From positions 8,449 to 72,448 of the forward strand of contig JBGPOE010000008.1 of NCBI GenBank assembly GCA_041487875.1: a stretch of DNA of 64,000 bases, in the 5' to 3' direction. The notes beneath the pieces are model-generated. The model was not told the DNA's origin, searched no databases, and saw nothing but the letters and a program-made list of their open reading frames with translations. The stretch comes from Gemmatimonadota bacterium. GTDB lineage: Bacteria > Gemmatimonadota > Gemmatimonadetes > Gemmatimonadales > GWC2-71-9. This document shows positions 1 through 9,262 of the stretch, one piece after another. Each line of letters begins with the position of its first letter. Within the stretch, counting starts at the first letter, position 1. The position numbers and the translations under genes were made by a program.

Positions 1-1
1 C

Positions 2-874
2 GGAGAGCGCTTCGCCGTCGTGTTCGTGGGCGTGGGTATCACCGCGCGGGAAACCGCCGCGTTCCTCGAGCGCTTCGATCAAAGCGGCGCCCGCGAGCAC
101 AGCGTGCTCTACCTCAATGAAACGCGCGACCCGACCATCGAGCGGCTGCTGGCGCCGCGCGTGGCGCTGGCGGAGGCGGAATACCTCGCCTTCGACGCCG
201 GTATGCACGTGCTCGTCGTCATCGCCGACCTGACGCACTACTGCGAGGCGCTGCGGGAGATCGCCACTGCGCGCGAGGAGATCCCCGGCCGCCGCGGCTA
301 TCCGGGCTACATGTACACCGATCTGGCGAGCATTTACGAGCGCGCCGGCATCGTGCAGGGAAGGCCGGGCTCGTTGACGCAGATCCCCATCCTCACGATG
401 CCGGACGACGACATCACGCACCCCATTCCCGACCTCACGGGCTACATCACCGAGGGGCAAGTCGTGTTGTCGCGTGAGCTGCACCGCGGCGGCGTGTTCC
501 CGCCGATCGACGTGTTGCCGTCGCTCTCGCGCCTCATGAACGCCGGCATCGGCGCCGGGCGGACGGTGGCCGAGCATCGCGAGTGGTCCGATCAGTTGTA
601 CGCCGTGTACACCCGCGGCCGCGACGCGCGGCAGATGGCGGCGATCGTGGGCGAGGCGGGGCTCGGCGCCGGCGACCGCCGCGCGCTCGAGTTCGCCGAC
701 CGCTTCGAGCGCGAGTTCGTGCGCCAGGGCGGCGAGCGGCGCACGCTCGCCCAGACCATGGACATTGGCTGGCGGTTGCTCGAGTCGCTGCCGCGGGAGG
801 ACCTGCTGCGCTTGTCGGACGCCACCTGGGCGGCCCGGAGCGGCGGCGGCAACGGCAAGGCGCCGGCCGCATGA
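2..874 (+). CDS. ntpB: V/A-type ATP synthase subunit B (5'-truncated by window edge)
   Basis: Signature [24 protein letters not shown] and [18 protein letters not shown]; followed by subunit D. Confidence 0.96.
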   Translation, partial: GERFAVVFVGVGITARETAAFLERFDQSGAREHSVLYLNETRDPTIERLLAPRVALAEAEYLAFDAGMHVLVVIADLTHYCEALREIATAREEIPGRRGYPGYMYTDLASIYERAGIVQGRPGSLTQIPILTMPDDDITHPIPDLTGYITEGQVVLSRELHRGGVFPPIDVLPSLSRLMNAGIGAGRTVAEHREWSDQLYAVYTRGRDARQMAAIVGEAGLGAGDRRALEFADRFEREFVRQGGERRTLAQTMDIGWRLLESLPREDLLRLSDATWAARSGGGNGKAPAA

Positions 875-1503
875 GCGCCCTCGGCAGGGTGGCCGCTACG
901 CGGCTCAACCTGCTCCGCACGGTGCGGCGCCTCGATCGCGTCACCAGAGGTGTGCAGCTGCTGCGCAAGAAGCGGGAGGCGCTGGTGAGCGAGTTGTTCA
1001 AGCTGGCGCGGCCGGCGGCGGACGCGCGCGCCCAGATCGCGGCCGGCGCACGCGTCGCCTACCCGGCGTTGCTCGAGGCGTTGGCGCTGCACGGGCGGCC
1101 GGCGCTCACCGCGCTGGCGTGGCCGGCGCGTGAGCTGGCGGTCGGCATTGCCGCCGGTCTCGTCTGGGGCATCCCGGTCTCATCTATTACGGAGCGGCCG
1201 GTCCTCGCGCGCACGCTCGCGGCGCGCGGGACGGCCCCGGGCACGACCGGGCCGGCGGCCGCCGGCGCCGCGCTGGCGTTCGAGCGCCTCGCCGACCTGT
1301 TGCTGGACGCGGCGCCCCGCGAAATGTTGATCCGCCGCCTGGGCGATGCCGTGGCGCGGGCGTCGCGCCAAGTGAACACGCTGGAGCGCCGCCTCGCGCC
1401 GTCGCTGGCAGAGGCGGTCGTGGTGGTGCGGCGCGCATTGGAAGAGCGGGAACGCGAAGAGGGATACCGCATTCGCCGTCTGCTCGGCCGGCGGCGCGGC
1501 TGA
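871..1503 (+). CDS. ntpD: V/A-type ATP synthase subunit D
   Basis: ATG overlaps the ntpB stop (ATGA); N-terminal [18 protein letters not shown] and C-terminal RQVNTLE...LEEREREE motifs. Confidence 0.92.
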   Translation: MSALGRVAATRLNLLRTVRRLDRVTRGVQLLRKKREALVSELFKLARPAADARAQIAAGARVAYPALLEALALHGRPALTALAWPARELAVGIAAGLVWGIPVSSITERPVLARTLAARGTAPGTTGPAAAGAALAFERLADLLLDAAPREMLIRRLGDAVARASRQVNTLERRLAPSLAEAVVVVRRALEEREREEGYRIRRLLGRRRG

Positions 1504-1581
1504 AGCCGTTTGCCGGCGAGGCAGTGGTCGGACGGCTGGACGCTGTTACAATATGACGAGACTAATCACCCGGGAGATCTC

Positions 1582-2229
1582 ATGCGCATGTCGCTCCGCC
1601 TTCATCTGATCACGGCACTCGCCGCCGTCGCCGCCGTCGCCGCCTGTCGTCAGGCGCCGGCACCGCCCAACGCGGGCGCTGCGGGCGCCGCCGCGGCGCA
1701 GACGCCGAACGACCAGCTGCTGCTCGCGGCGGCAAAGGTCGCGCTGCCGCCCCCCGGCTTGAGCGTGGCCGATCTCCCAGAGCCCACTACTCCGGGCCCT
1801 CAGCTCCTCGGCCGCTACTGCGCGCAGTGTCACGCGTTGCCCAGTCCTGGCGCCCACAGCGCCACGGACTGGCCGAGTGTCGCGCGGCGCATGTGGCTGC
1901 GGATGGACTGGCTGCCCACGAGCCTCGGCGTGCGGGCGCCGACCTTGGCCGAGCGCTTCACGATCCTCGACTACCTCACGACCAACGCGCTGAAGGTCAG
2001 CGGCTCCAACCTGCCCGCGGGGCGCGGACGCGAGGTGTTCTCGTTGATTTGCAGTCGCTGCCACGCGCTGCCGGATCCGCGCGTCCATTCGCCCGACGAC
2101 TGGCCGACCGTGTTTTCGCGGATGGAGCGCAACATGGAGCGGATGAAGGTCGCCGGGCCGACCGCAGAACAGGCCTCCGACCTGCTGCTCTATCTCCAGA
2201 CTGTCTCCGCGCGGCCCCGGCGGAGCTAA
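1582..2229 (+). CDS. Diheme cytochrome c lipoprotein (internally duplicated monoheme domain)
   Basis: RBS GGGAG; lipobox AVAAC; CAQCH and CSRCH each followed by ALPxPxxHSxxDWPxVxxRM. Confidence 0.85.
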   Translation: MRMSLRLHLITALAAVAAVAACRQAPAPPNAGAAGAAAAQTPNDQLLLAAAKVALPPPGLSVADLPEPTTPGPQLLGRYCAQCHALPSPGAHSATDWPSVARRMWLRMDWLPTSLGVRAPTLAERFTILDYLTTNALKVSGSNLPAGRGREVFSLICSRCHALPDPRVHSPDDWPTVFSRMERNMERMKVAGPTAEQASDLLLYLQTVSARPRRS

Positions 2230-2415
2230 GGATTTTCCTGAGGGGTGCGTCAACCCGGGTGTGCGTGGTAGCGTGCAGTTGGTTGATGAAGGCCGCATGA
2301 GTTCGGCCTGAGCCCGGTCTCACAAGGGTTTCAAGCGAGCCCCATACGGCGGCCGGTAGGTTCGGCACAGCAGTTGGGGCAGCATCACGATGCCTAGGCC
2401 GACGCGGAGGATACT

Positions 2416-4035
2416 GTGCGCTTCACACATCGGATCGACATTCGTCACGTTCTCGTTGCATCAGCGCTGCTCGCGCTGGGGGCGTGTACCAACGACAAGA
2501 TCGTCTACCGGGACCGGCCGCCGTTCAATCAGCCGCCGGACTCGGCGAACGGCTTCCTCGGCTACTTCGACGTCGCCACCAAGACCACCACGTGCGGCAA
2601 CTGCCACGTGGAGAATCAAGGGAAGTGGAAGGTCACAAAGCACGCCAGCGCGTGGGCTGACCTGCAGGGGTCCGGCCACGCGGCGTCGTACTGCAACAAC
2701 TGCCATAGCGTGTCCTCCAACGGCAATCATGCGGCGGCGCCGGCCGGCTACGCCAAGATCGCCGATTCGGTCTATCAGGACGTCCAGTGCGAGAGCTGCC
2801 ACGGTCCTGGCCTCACCCACGTGGAGAACCCCACGCTCGTAAGCGTACCTCTTGCGTCCGCCAACGTGGACACCGGTCTCGTGTACACCTGCGCCGCCTG
2901 CCACACGGGCGTGCATGAGCCCTTCGTCGATCAGTGGAAGCAATCCGCACACGGCTCAGGCCCGGGATACGCGAACGCCGCAGGGAATGTGTCCTGCGCT
3001 CCTTGCCATGAAGGCAAGGCTGCGATGCAGACCAAGTTCGGCGTCACCGGGAAGTTCCTGGAGCGGGATTCCGCGACGCTGCTTCGTATTACGTGTGTCG
3101 TGTGCCACGATCCGCACGGGTCGCCGTACGTGGCGCAGCTGCGGGCCGACATCACCACTCCCACAACGGACAACCTGTGCGTGACCTGCCACTCGCGCAG
3201 CGGCACGCCGCCATGGGGCGTGGCAAGCAGCCCGACGGGCACGTCACGCGGCGCGCACGGCGCCCAGGGTCTTCTCGTGCTGGGCGAGAACGTCGGGTGG
3301 ATTCCGCCGAACTTCGCCTATGACACGAACCAGATCGTCAGTAGCCACGGCACGTCGGCGAACCCCAACCTCTGTGCCACGTGCCATGTGGCGCGCACGA
3401 CCATCACCGACAAGGCGACCGGCGCCTTCGCGTTCCAGAGCGTGGGCCACCTGTTCAACGCTGTGCCCTGTCTCGATAGCGTGGGGATCCCGACGGCGAG
3501 CACCAGCTGCGCCGCCGCTCAGAAGGACTTCTCGGCCTGCTCCAACGCCAGCTGCCACATCGGGGGGCAGAGCGTGGCCCGCTCGGCGTACCTCACGTTC
3601 CAGGGGCGGCTCGACAATTTGCTCGACCAGATCTGGTTCGATCGCGACAGCAACAAGGTCGTCGATACGACGGATGGCGGTCTGATCCCGAAGCTGCTCG
3701 CGCGGGCGCTGCGGCCCGGAGCGACTGCGGCCGATACCGCCGCGATCAATTTCAGCACCAACGTCACGACCGTGGCGAAGGGCACGCTGTTCAACGCCGC
3801 CCTCGCCGCTACGAACGACCGGCAAAACTTCCTGGGCGGCAAACTCCTGGGGCGGACGTTCGCGACGCACATGGCGTCGGGGAACGGCGTGCACAATCCG
3901 TTCCTGCTCGAGGCGCTGCTGACCTCGTCCATCGCGGCCGTGCAGCAGACGTACGGCCTGGCCCCGCCGATGCGCCAGGACCTGCGCGTGCAAGCCACCC
4001 AGCCCCCCACGGTGCGGCTGGTGAGCCCGCGGTGA
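2416..4035 (+). CDS. Multiheme cytochrome c lipoprotein (8 CxxCH + 1 CX4CH)
   Basis: GGAGG RBS, GTG start, lipobox LGAC; C-terminal helical region with GVHNP motif. Confidence 0.9.
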   Translation: MRFTHRIDIRHVLVASALLALGACTNDKIVYRDRPPFNQPPDSANGFLGYFDVATKTTTCGNCHVENQGKWKVTKHASAWADLQGSGHAASYCNNCHSVSSNGNHAAAPAGYAKIADSVYQDVQCESCHGPGLTHVENPTLVSVPLASANVDTGLVYTCAACHTGVHEPFVDQWKQSAHGSGPGYANAAGNVSCAPCHEGKAAMQTKFGVTGKFLERDSATLLRITCVVCHDPHGSPYVAQLRADITTPTTDNLCVTCHSRSGTPPWGVASSPTGTSRGAHGAQGLLVLGENVGWIPPNFAYDTNQIVSSHGTSANPNLCATCHVARTTITDKATGAFAFQSVGHLFNAVPCLDSVGIPTASTSCAAAQKDFSACSNASCHIGGQSVARSAYLTFQGRLDNLLDQIWFDRDSNKVVDTTDGGLIPKLLARALRPGATAADTAAINFSTNVTTVAKGTLFNAALAATNDRQNFLGGKLLGRTFATHMASGNGVHNPFLLEALLTSSIAAVQQTYGLAPPMRQDLRVQATQPPTVRLVSPR

Positions 4036-4092
4036 GTCGGACGGTGGCGGGCGGCTCGAGCCAGCGCTAGGATTTCAGAATGATTTTGGTCG

Positions 4093-4165
4093 CCGGCCCC
4101 GGGACCGTGTAGCCTTCCGGGGCCGGTCTTTCCCGGCCCCGGGGGCGCAGTGGTCTCCGGGGCCG
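4093..4165 (+). terminator. Tandem GC-rich hairpins (terminator or mRNA-stabilising element)
   Basis: CCGGCCCCGG..CCGGGGCCGG followed by TCTTT (4093-4131), then CGGCCCCGG..CCGGGGCCG (4134-4165). Confidence 0.6.
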
Positions 4166-4251
4166 TTCCACAGAACGCGGTCGCGGCGAGCGACCACCGC
4201 GACCACGTTGTTTCTCGAAGGCGGGCTACTGCCGCCGATGGGGGAAGGCAC

Positions 4252-4728
4252 GTGACCGAGTCCATCGGAGGTCCGGGCAGCCGCGACGCGCACCGCGCCG
4301 GATGGCAGGCGGGGTTCAACGAGTACTTGCTCGCGGGCATCGTGGTCCTCGCCCTCGTGGGCGCGATTTTCGCTATCGGGCTGTATCTCCTCCCCCCCGC
4401 GCACCTCCAACTCGCCGACCTGCAACCCGCCGCGCGCGTCGGCCGCCAGGCCGACATACCCGTCGGCGCCAGTCGTTTGATCAACTGGGGAGACCGCGTC
4501 ATTCTGGTGGTGCGCACCGGCGAGGCGACGTACGCGGCGCTGCAGGGGACGGCGCCCACCGACGGTTGCATCCTGGAGTGGGACCCGACCTCGCTGCGGG
4601 TCCTGTCGCCCTGTACCTACCTGGTTTACGACCTGCACGGTAACGTGGTCCGCGGGTTGACCACGGTACCGCTGCAACGCTACGGGGTGTTCGTGCACGA
4701 CGGCATCGTCTACGTGGCGAGGTCCTGA
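4252..4728 (+). CDS. Rieske-fold membrane-anchored protein lacking [2Fe-2S] ligands
   Basis: N-terminal TM helix ending YLLPP; boxes read APTDGC and SPCT instead of CxHxGC and CPCH; YDLHG..G...PL..Y tail; directly upstream of cytochrome b. Confidence 0.85.
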   Translation: MTESIGGPGSRDAHRAGWQAGFNEYLLAGIVVLALVGAIFAIGLYLLPPAHLQLADLQPAARVGRQADIPVGASRLINWGDRVILVVRTGEATYAALQGTAPTDGCILEWDPTSLRVLSPCTYLVYDLHGNVVRGLTTVPLQRYGVFVHDGIVYVARS

Positions 4729-4729
4729 G

Positions 4730-5992
4730 ATGCTCGGACGGATGTGGCGCGCGGCCGTCACCTGGGCCCAGCGATTTTGGGGCGACCTCAAGGCGAGCAC
4801 CGACGCGAGTCTGCTCGGCGTCCTGCGTTTCCTCGGACTGCTGTACGGCCCCATCGACACCACCCTGCCCATCGACCAGGCGTTCCGCAAGGCGCTCCGC
4901 TACCGCATGCCGCGGCACACGGGATGGCGCCATATGTATGGCGGCATCGCGTACCTCCTGCTGGTCGTCCTCGTGGTGACGGGGGTGTTGTTGTCGCTCT
5001 ATTACCGGCCCTCGGCGGAAGAGGCGTATCAGAGCATCCAGCACATCGTCACCGGCGTCACGCTGGGATGGCTGATGCGCGACTTGCACGTCTGGGGCGC
5101 GAATCTCGTGGTCCTTGCCGTGCTCGCGCACATGGCGCGCGTGTTCTTCGATGCGTCCTACAAGCCGCCGCGAGAAACCAACTGGCTGGTGGGCGTGCTG
5201 CTGCTGTTCGTGGTCCTGGCCTTCGGGGCGACCGGCTACCTCCTGCCCTGGGATCAGTGGGCGTACTGGACCGTGACCGAGGGGCTCGACATTCTGGCGC
5301 GCCTGCCGCTGCTGGGCAGTCCCGCGGTCGAGCTGTTGCGCGGCGACCCGATCGTATCGGGAGCGACGCTCAGCCGGTTCTTCGCGCTCCACGTGATCGT
5401 GCTGCCGTGGATCGCGCTGGGCTTGTTGCAGCTGCACTTCGCGCTGCTGCGCAAGCACGGCATCGCGCCGCCCGAGCCGGCCGCGGCGCCCGGCGGCAGC
5501 GACGAGCTGGGTGCGCGGTTCTTCCCCCGTCACTTGTTGCGGTCGTTCGTCGTGGCGGTCGCCGTGCTGACCATCGTGGTCACCGCGGCGGTCCTGGCGC
5601 CGCGCGAGGTCGGGGAGGCCGCGACGCCGGGCCGCCTGCCCGACACGCTCCAGACGAGCTGGGTGATGGCGGACGTGATCCGCGCGGTCACTTTCTACCT
5701 CGGCGCCTGGGGATTCGTCGCGTTCATGCTGCTCGCCCTGGGGATGGTCGTGCTCCCCTTGTTCGATCGTGCGCCCCAGCGCCGGCTGCGGGAGCGCCCG
5801 GTGGTCGCGGCGCTCGGGATGGTGTTCTTCCTGGGGTTCGCCGTGGCGTGGGTGGCCGGACGCCAGCTGCGCACCTTTCCGCCGCGCGCCACTGAGGGCG
5901 TCGTGGCCCCGCCCGCGACGCCCACGCTGCACCTGCCAGCGCCGGCTCCGGCAGCGGGCGTCCCCACCGCGACGCCGGGAGGCCCACGATGA
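4730..5992 (+). CDS. Cytochrome b of bc/b6f family (fused b6 + subunit IV type), degenerate Qo site
   Basis: GWLMRDLHVWGANL..AHMARVF, GYLLPWDQ, LSRFFALH..LQLH; PEWY position reads TSWV. Confidence 0.92.
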   Translation: MLGRMWRAAVTWAQRFWGDLKASTDASLLGVLRFLGLLYGPIDTTLPIDQAFRKALRYRMPRHTGWRHMYGGIAYLLLVVLVVTGVLLSLYYRPSAEEAYQSIQHIVTGVTLGWLMRDLHVWGANLVVLAVLAHMARVFFDASYKPPRETNWLVGVLLLFVVLAFGATGYLLPWDQWAYWTVTEGLDILARLPLLGSPAVELLRGDPIVSGATLSRFFALHVIVLPWIALGLLQLHFALLRKHGIAPPEPAAAPGGSDELGARFFPRHLLRSFVVAVAVLTIVVTAAVLAPREVGEAATPGRLPDTLQTSWVMADVIRAVTFYLGAWGFVAFMLLALGMVVLPLFDRAPQRRLRERPVVAALGMVFFLGFAVAWVAGRQLRTFPPRATEGVVAPPATPTLHLPAPAPAAGVPTATPGGPR

Positions 5993-7227
5993 TCCGCGCC
6001 CTGCTCGGCCTAGCGCTCGCGGCGGGTGTGCTGGCGGCGCGCCCGGCTGCGGCGCGAGCCCAGGGGCACGGGATCGACAGCACCTACCGGTGCGTGGTGT
6101 GCCACACCACCGAGCGCGACGCGTTCGTGGTCGGCGTGCATGCCGAGCACGGGATCCACTGCGCCGACTGTCACGGCGGCGATCCCACTGCGCGCGACCT
6201 CCCCGCGGCGCACCGCGGGCGCTTCATCGGGAAGCCGGGCAAGGTGGCGACGGCCCGGCTGTGCGGCTCCTGCCACTCGGATCCCAACAAGATGCGCCAG
6301 TACGGGATCCCCACGGGCGAGCTGGCGGAATTCCGCACCAGCCGGCACGGGCAGTTATTGCTCCTCAAGAACGATCCCAATGCGCCGACCTGCACGGACT
6401 GCCACGGCACCCACACCATCTTCCCGCCCGACGACGCGCGCAGTCAGGTGTACCCCGCCAACATCCCCGGGACCTGTGCGCGCTGCCACTCGGACGCGAA
6501 GCTGATGGGGAAGTACAATCTGCGCACCGACCAGTTCGCACAGTACCGGGCGAGCGCCCACGGCGTGGCACTCTACCACAAGCAGAATTTCGCGACGCCC
6601 ACGTGCGTGGGTTGTCACGGCGCCCACTCCGCGCTGCCGCCCCAGGTGACCGAAATCGCAAGCGTCTGCGCCCGCTGCCACCAGCTCGTGGGCCAGGAAT
6701 TCGGCGGCGGGCCGCACGGTGCCGCGGCGCGGGCCGGCAAGATGCCGGGATGCCTCGCGTGTCACAGCAATCACGGCACCCACCGCGTGCCCCCGGATTC
6801 GATCGCCGCGGTCTGTCAGAAATGCCACGGCTCGGACACCCGCATTCGCACCATGGCGCTGGACATCCAGCAGCGCGTGGCCCAGGCCACGGCGGACATG
6901 ACGTCGGCCGAGCGGGCCATCGGGCAGCTGTCGCTCGCGGGCGAGCGCGTGGGTGACTACCGCTTCCGCTACGAGTCGGCGCTCACCGACTACCTGCAGA
7001 TCGCGCTGGTGCAGCACAGCCTCGACCTGCAGCGCCTGGACGACTTGACCCGGCGAGTGCGCTCGATCTCGGTGGATTTGGATGCGGCCGCGGAAGCCAG
7101 CGCCGAGCGGCGCTGGGAGCACAAGCTCATTCTCCTGCCCGTGTGGTTCCTGGCGTTATCGGCGCTGGCGCTGGCGTTGCTGACGCTGCGGACGCTGAAG
7201 GAGGCGGACGGGGATCCGCACGATTAG
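5989..7227 (+). CDS. Nonaheme cytochrome c with C-terminal membrane anchor
   Basis: Signal peptide, 9 CxxCH, helical stalk, C-terminal hydrophobic helix. Confidence 0.9.
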   Translation: MIRALLGLALAAGVLAARPAAARAQGHGIDSTYRCVVCHTTERDAFVVGVHAEHGIHCADCHGGDPTARDLPAAHRGRFIGKPGKVATARLCGSCHSDPNKMRQYGIPTGELAEFRTSRHGQLLLLKNDPNAPTCTDCHGTHTIFPPDDARSQVYPANIPGTCARCHSDAKLMGKYNLRTDQFAQYRASAHGVALYHKQNFATPTCVGCHGAHSALPPQVTEIASVCARCHQLVGQEFGGGPHGAAARAGKMPGCLACHSNHGTHRVPPDSIAAVCQKCHGSDTRIRTMALDIQQRVAQATADMTSAERAIGQLSLAGERVGDYRFRYESALTDYLQIALVQHSLDLQRLDDLTRRVRSISVDLDAAAEASAERRWEHKLILLPVWFLALSALALALLTLRTLKEADGDPHD

Positions 7228-7230
7228 CCG

Positions 7231-9249
7231 ATGGTGCCTCTCCGCTTCTCACGCCTCCCGCGCTTCCTCCGGATTCTGATCCCGGTCGCCATCCTCGGGA
7301 TCACGCTCGTGTCGGTCGGCACGGTCGGCTTCGTGCAGGTGAGCAGCCAGCCGGGGTTTTGCAAGAGCTGCCACATCATGAAGCCGTACTATGACTCCTG
7401 GGCCGTGTCGTCGCACCGCAATATCTCCTGCATCAATTGCCACATCCCTCCGGGCATCAAAGCCGAGGCGATGACCAAGGTGCAGGCCGCCAACATGGTG
7501 GTGAAATACTTCACGGGCGCCTACGGCACGCGTCCGTGGGCCGACGTGAGCGACGCCTCCTGCCTCCGCTCCGGCTGCCACTCGGAGCGGCTCATCGAAG
7601 GGGTGGTCGAATACAAGGGCGTGCGCTTCGACCACACCCAGCACCTGGGCGAGATCCGGCGCGGCATCCAGCTGCGCTGTACCAGCTGCCATTCCCAAAT
7701 CGTTCAGGGCACGCACGTCGCGGTCACGGAAGCCACCTGCTTCCTGTGCCACTTCAAGGACCGCCCCACGGGGCGGCCGGTGGCGGGCTGCACCGGCTGC
7801 CACCCGATGCCGCCCCGCGTGGTCTCGCCCGAAGGCTTCGTGGTGGACCACGAGCAGTACGTGCGCGACCGCATCGATTGCCTCTCATGTCACAGCCAGG
7901 TGACGCAGGGGAGCGGCGACGCGGAGCGGACCCGGTGCGTCAGCTGTCACAACGAGCCCGCGCGTCTCGCCGAGTTCACCAACCCGACGCTGCTCCACAA
8001 GGTGCACGTCGCCGACCACGACGTCGCATGCGTGCAATGCCACACACCCGTCGAGCACCGCGTCACGGCTCTGGCGACCGTCGTGGTGCTCGATTGCAGC
8101 ACCTGCCACGTCCGCGTGCACGAGACCCAGCAGCGGCTCTTCGCCGGTTTGGGCGGGCACGGCGTGCCACCCACGCCCAGCTCCATGTTCCTGGCCCGCG
8201 TGTCGTGCATCGGCTGTCACGCCAATGCGACCGAGATGAAGGGACATGAGCAGGTCCGGACGGCGGACGATGCCGCGTGCCAGTCGTGCCACGGCGTTCG
8301 CTACGCCAACATCCTGCCCGCCTGGCAACGGGACATGGAGTCCAAGGTCGCGCGGGTCGGCGCGGTGGTGCGCGGCGCTCGAGACGTGCTGGGCACTGCA
8401 TCGCTGCGGCGCCGGGACGTGGCCGACAGCCTGCTGCGGCGGGCGCAGGACAACGTGCAGTTCGTGCAGGTCGGCAAAGGCGCGCACAACATCGCGTATG
8501 CCGACCAGCTGCTCCGCGCGTCCCTGGCGCTGGTGCGCGACGCCGTGCGGCAGGGGGGGTTGCCGTACGACATGCCGGCCGTGAATCTGGGGCCGCCGGT
8601 CGGCGAGAACGCCTGTCTCCAATGCCACCTCGGCGTGCAACGGCAGCGCGGGCAGTTCCAGGGCGAGGCGTTCGATCACTCCGCCCACGTCTTGTCGGCG
8701 GGGCTCTCCTGCACCCAGTGTCATACGCCGCTCGACCGGCACGGCGGGACCACGCTGACGTCCACCGCCAGCTGCGACGCCTGCCATCACCCGGTGCTGC
8801 AGCCGCTCAGCTGCGCGCGCTGCCACACGGGCGCGGGGGGCGGCGCCCCGCAGCAGACCATCGCGCTTCCCGCGGGCGATTTCTCCCACCGGGTGCACAG
8901 CGCGGCGAACCTGGCGTGCTCCGCCTGCCACACCGCGCCGCTCATGAGCGCGCGCGACCTGCGGTGCGACAACTGCCACGATCAGCATCACGAGCCCGAC
9001 GTCACCTGCGTGAGCTGCCACCGCGCCGGCGCGCTGGCCAAACACAAGCGCCAGGACCACGTCGCCTGCGTCCAGTGCCACGCCTCCGTTCCGCATGTCA
9101 ACCGGTGGAGCCGACAGGTGTGTACGTCGTGCCACGTGGCCCAGGTCACCCATTACGCCGCGCAAGCGTGCGACGTCTGCCATAAGGTGCCCCCGATGGG
9201 CCAGACCCGCACCGCGGCGCCGCCGCGACCCACGGCCAGCTCGCAGTAG
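7231..9249 (+). CDS. NapC/NirT-type membrane-anchored multiheme cytochrome c (21 CxxCH + 1 CX4CH)
   Basis: N-terminal TM helix then SSQPGFCKSCHIM..YDSW..SSH...CINCH, the NapC/NrfH pattern; long heme extension. Confidence 0.9.
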   Translation: MVPLRFSRLPRFLRILIPVAILGITLVSVGTVGFVQVSSQPGFCKSCHIMKPYYDSWAVSSHRNISCINCHIPPGIKAEAMTKVQAANMVVKYFTGAYGTRPWADVSDASCLRSGCHSERLIEGVVEYKGVRFDHTQHLGEIRRGIQLRCTSCHSQIVQGTHVAVTEATCFLCHFKDRPTGRPVAGCTGCHPMPPRVVSPEGFVVDHEQYVRDRIDCLSCHSQVTQGSGDAERTRCVSCHNEPARLAEFTNPTLLHKVHVADHDVACVQCHTPVEHRVTALATVVVLDCSTCHVRVHETQQRLFAGLGGHGVPPTPSSMFLARVSCIGCHANATEMKGHEQVRTADDAACQSCHGVRYANILPAWQRDMESKVARVGAVVRGARDVLGTASLRRRDVADSLLRRAQDNVQFVQVGKGAHNIAYADQLLRASLALVRDAVRQGGLPYDMPAVNLGPPVGENACLQCHLGVQRQRGQFQGEAFDHSAHVLSAGLSCTQCHTPLDRHGGTTLTSTASCDACHHPVLQPLSCARCHTGAGGGAPQQTIALPAGDFSHRVHSAANLACSACHTAPLMSARDLRCDNCHDQHHEPDVTCVSCHRAGALAKHKRQDHVACVQCHASVPHVNRWSRQVCTSCHVAQVTHYAAQACDVCHKVPPMGQTRTAAPPRPTASSQ

Positions 9250-9262
9250 GAAAGGGATGCGT

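Noticed and set aside
2363-2377. sigma54 promoter CGGCAC-N5-TTGG before the cytochrome operon
   Set aside because: The conserved -12 GC is GG here, so support is too weak
2416-4035. NrfA or octaheme nitrite reductase, or HAO
   Set aside because: No CxxCK catalytic heme motif; only a generic GxHN helical tail is shared
4252-4728. Rieske pseudogene
   Set aside because: No frameshift or stop, RBS and coupling are intact, and changes concentrate on ligand positions; treated as repurposed pending orthologue data
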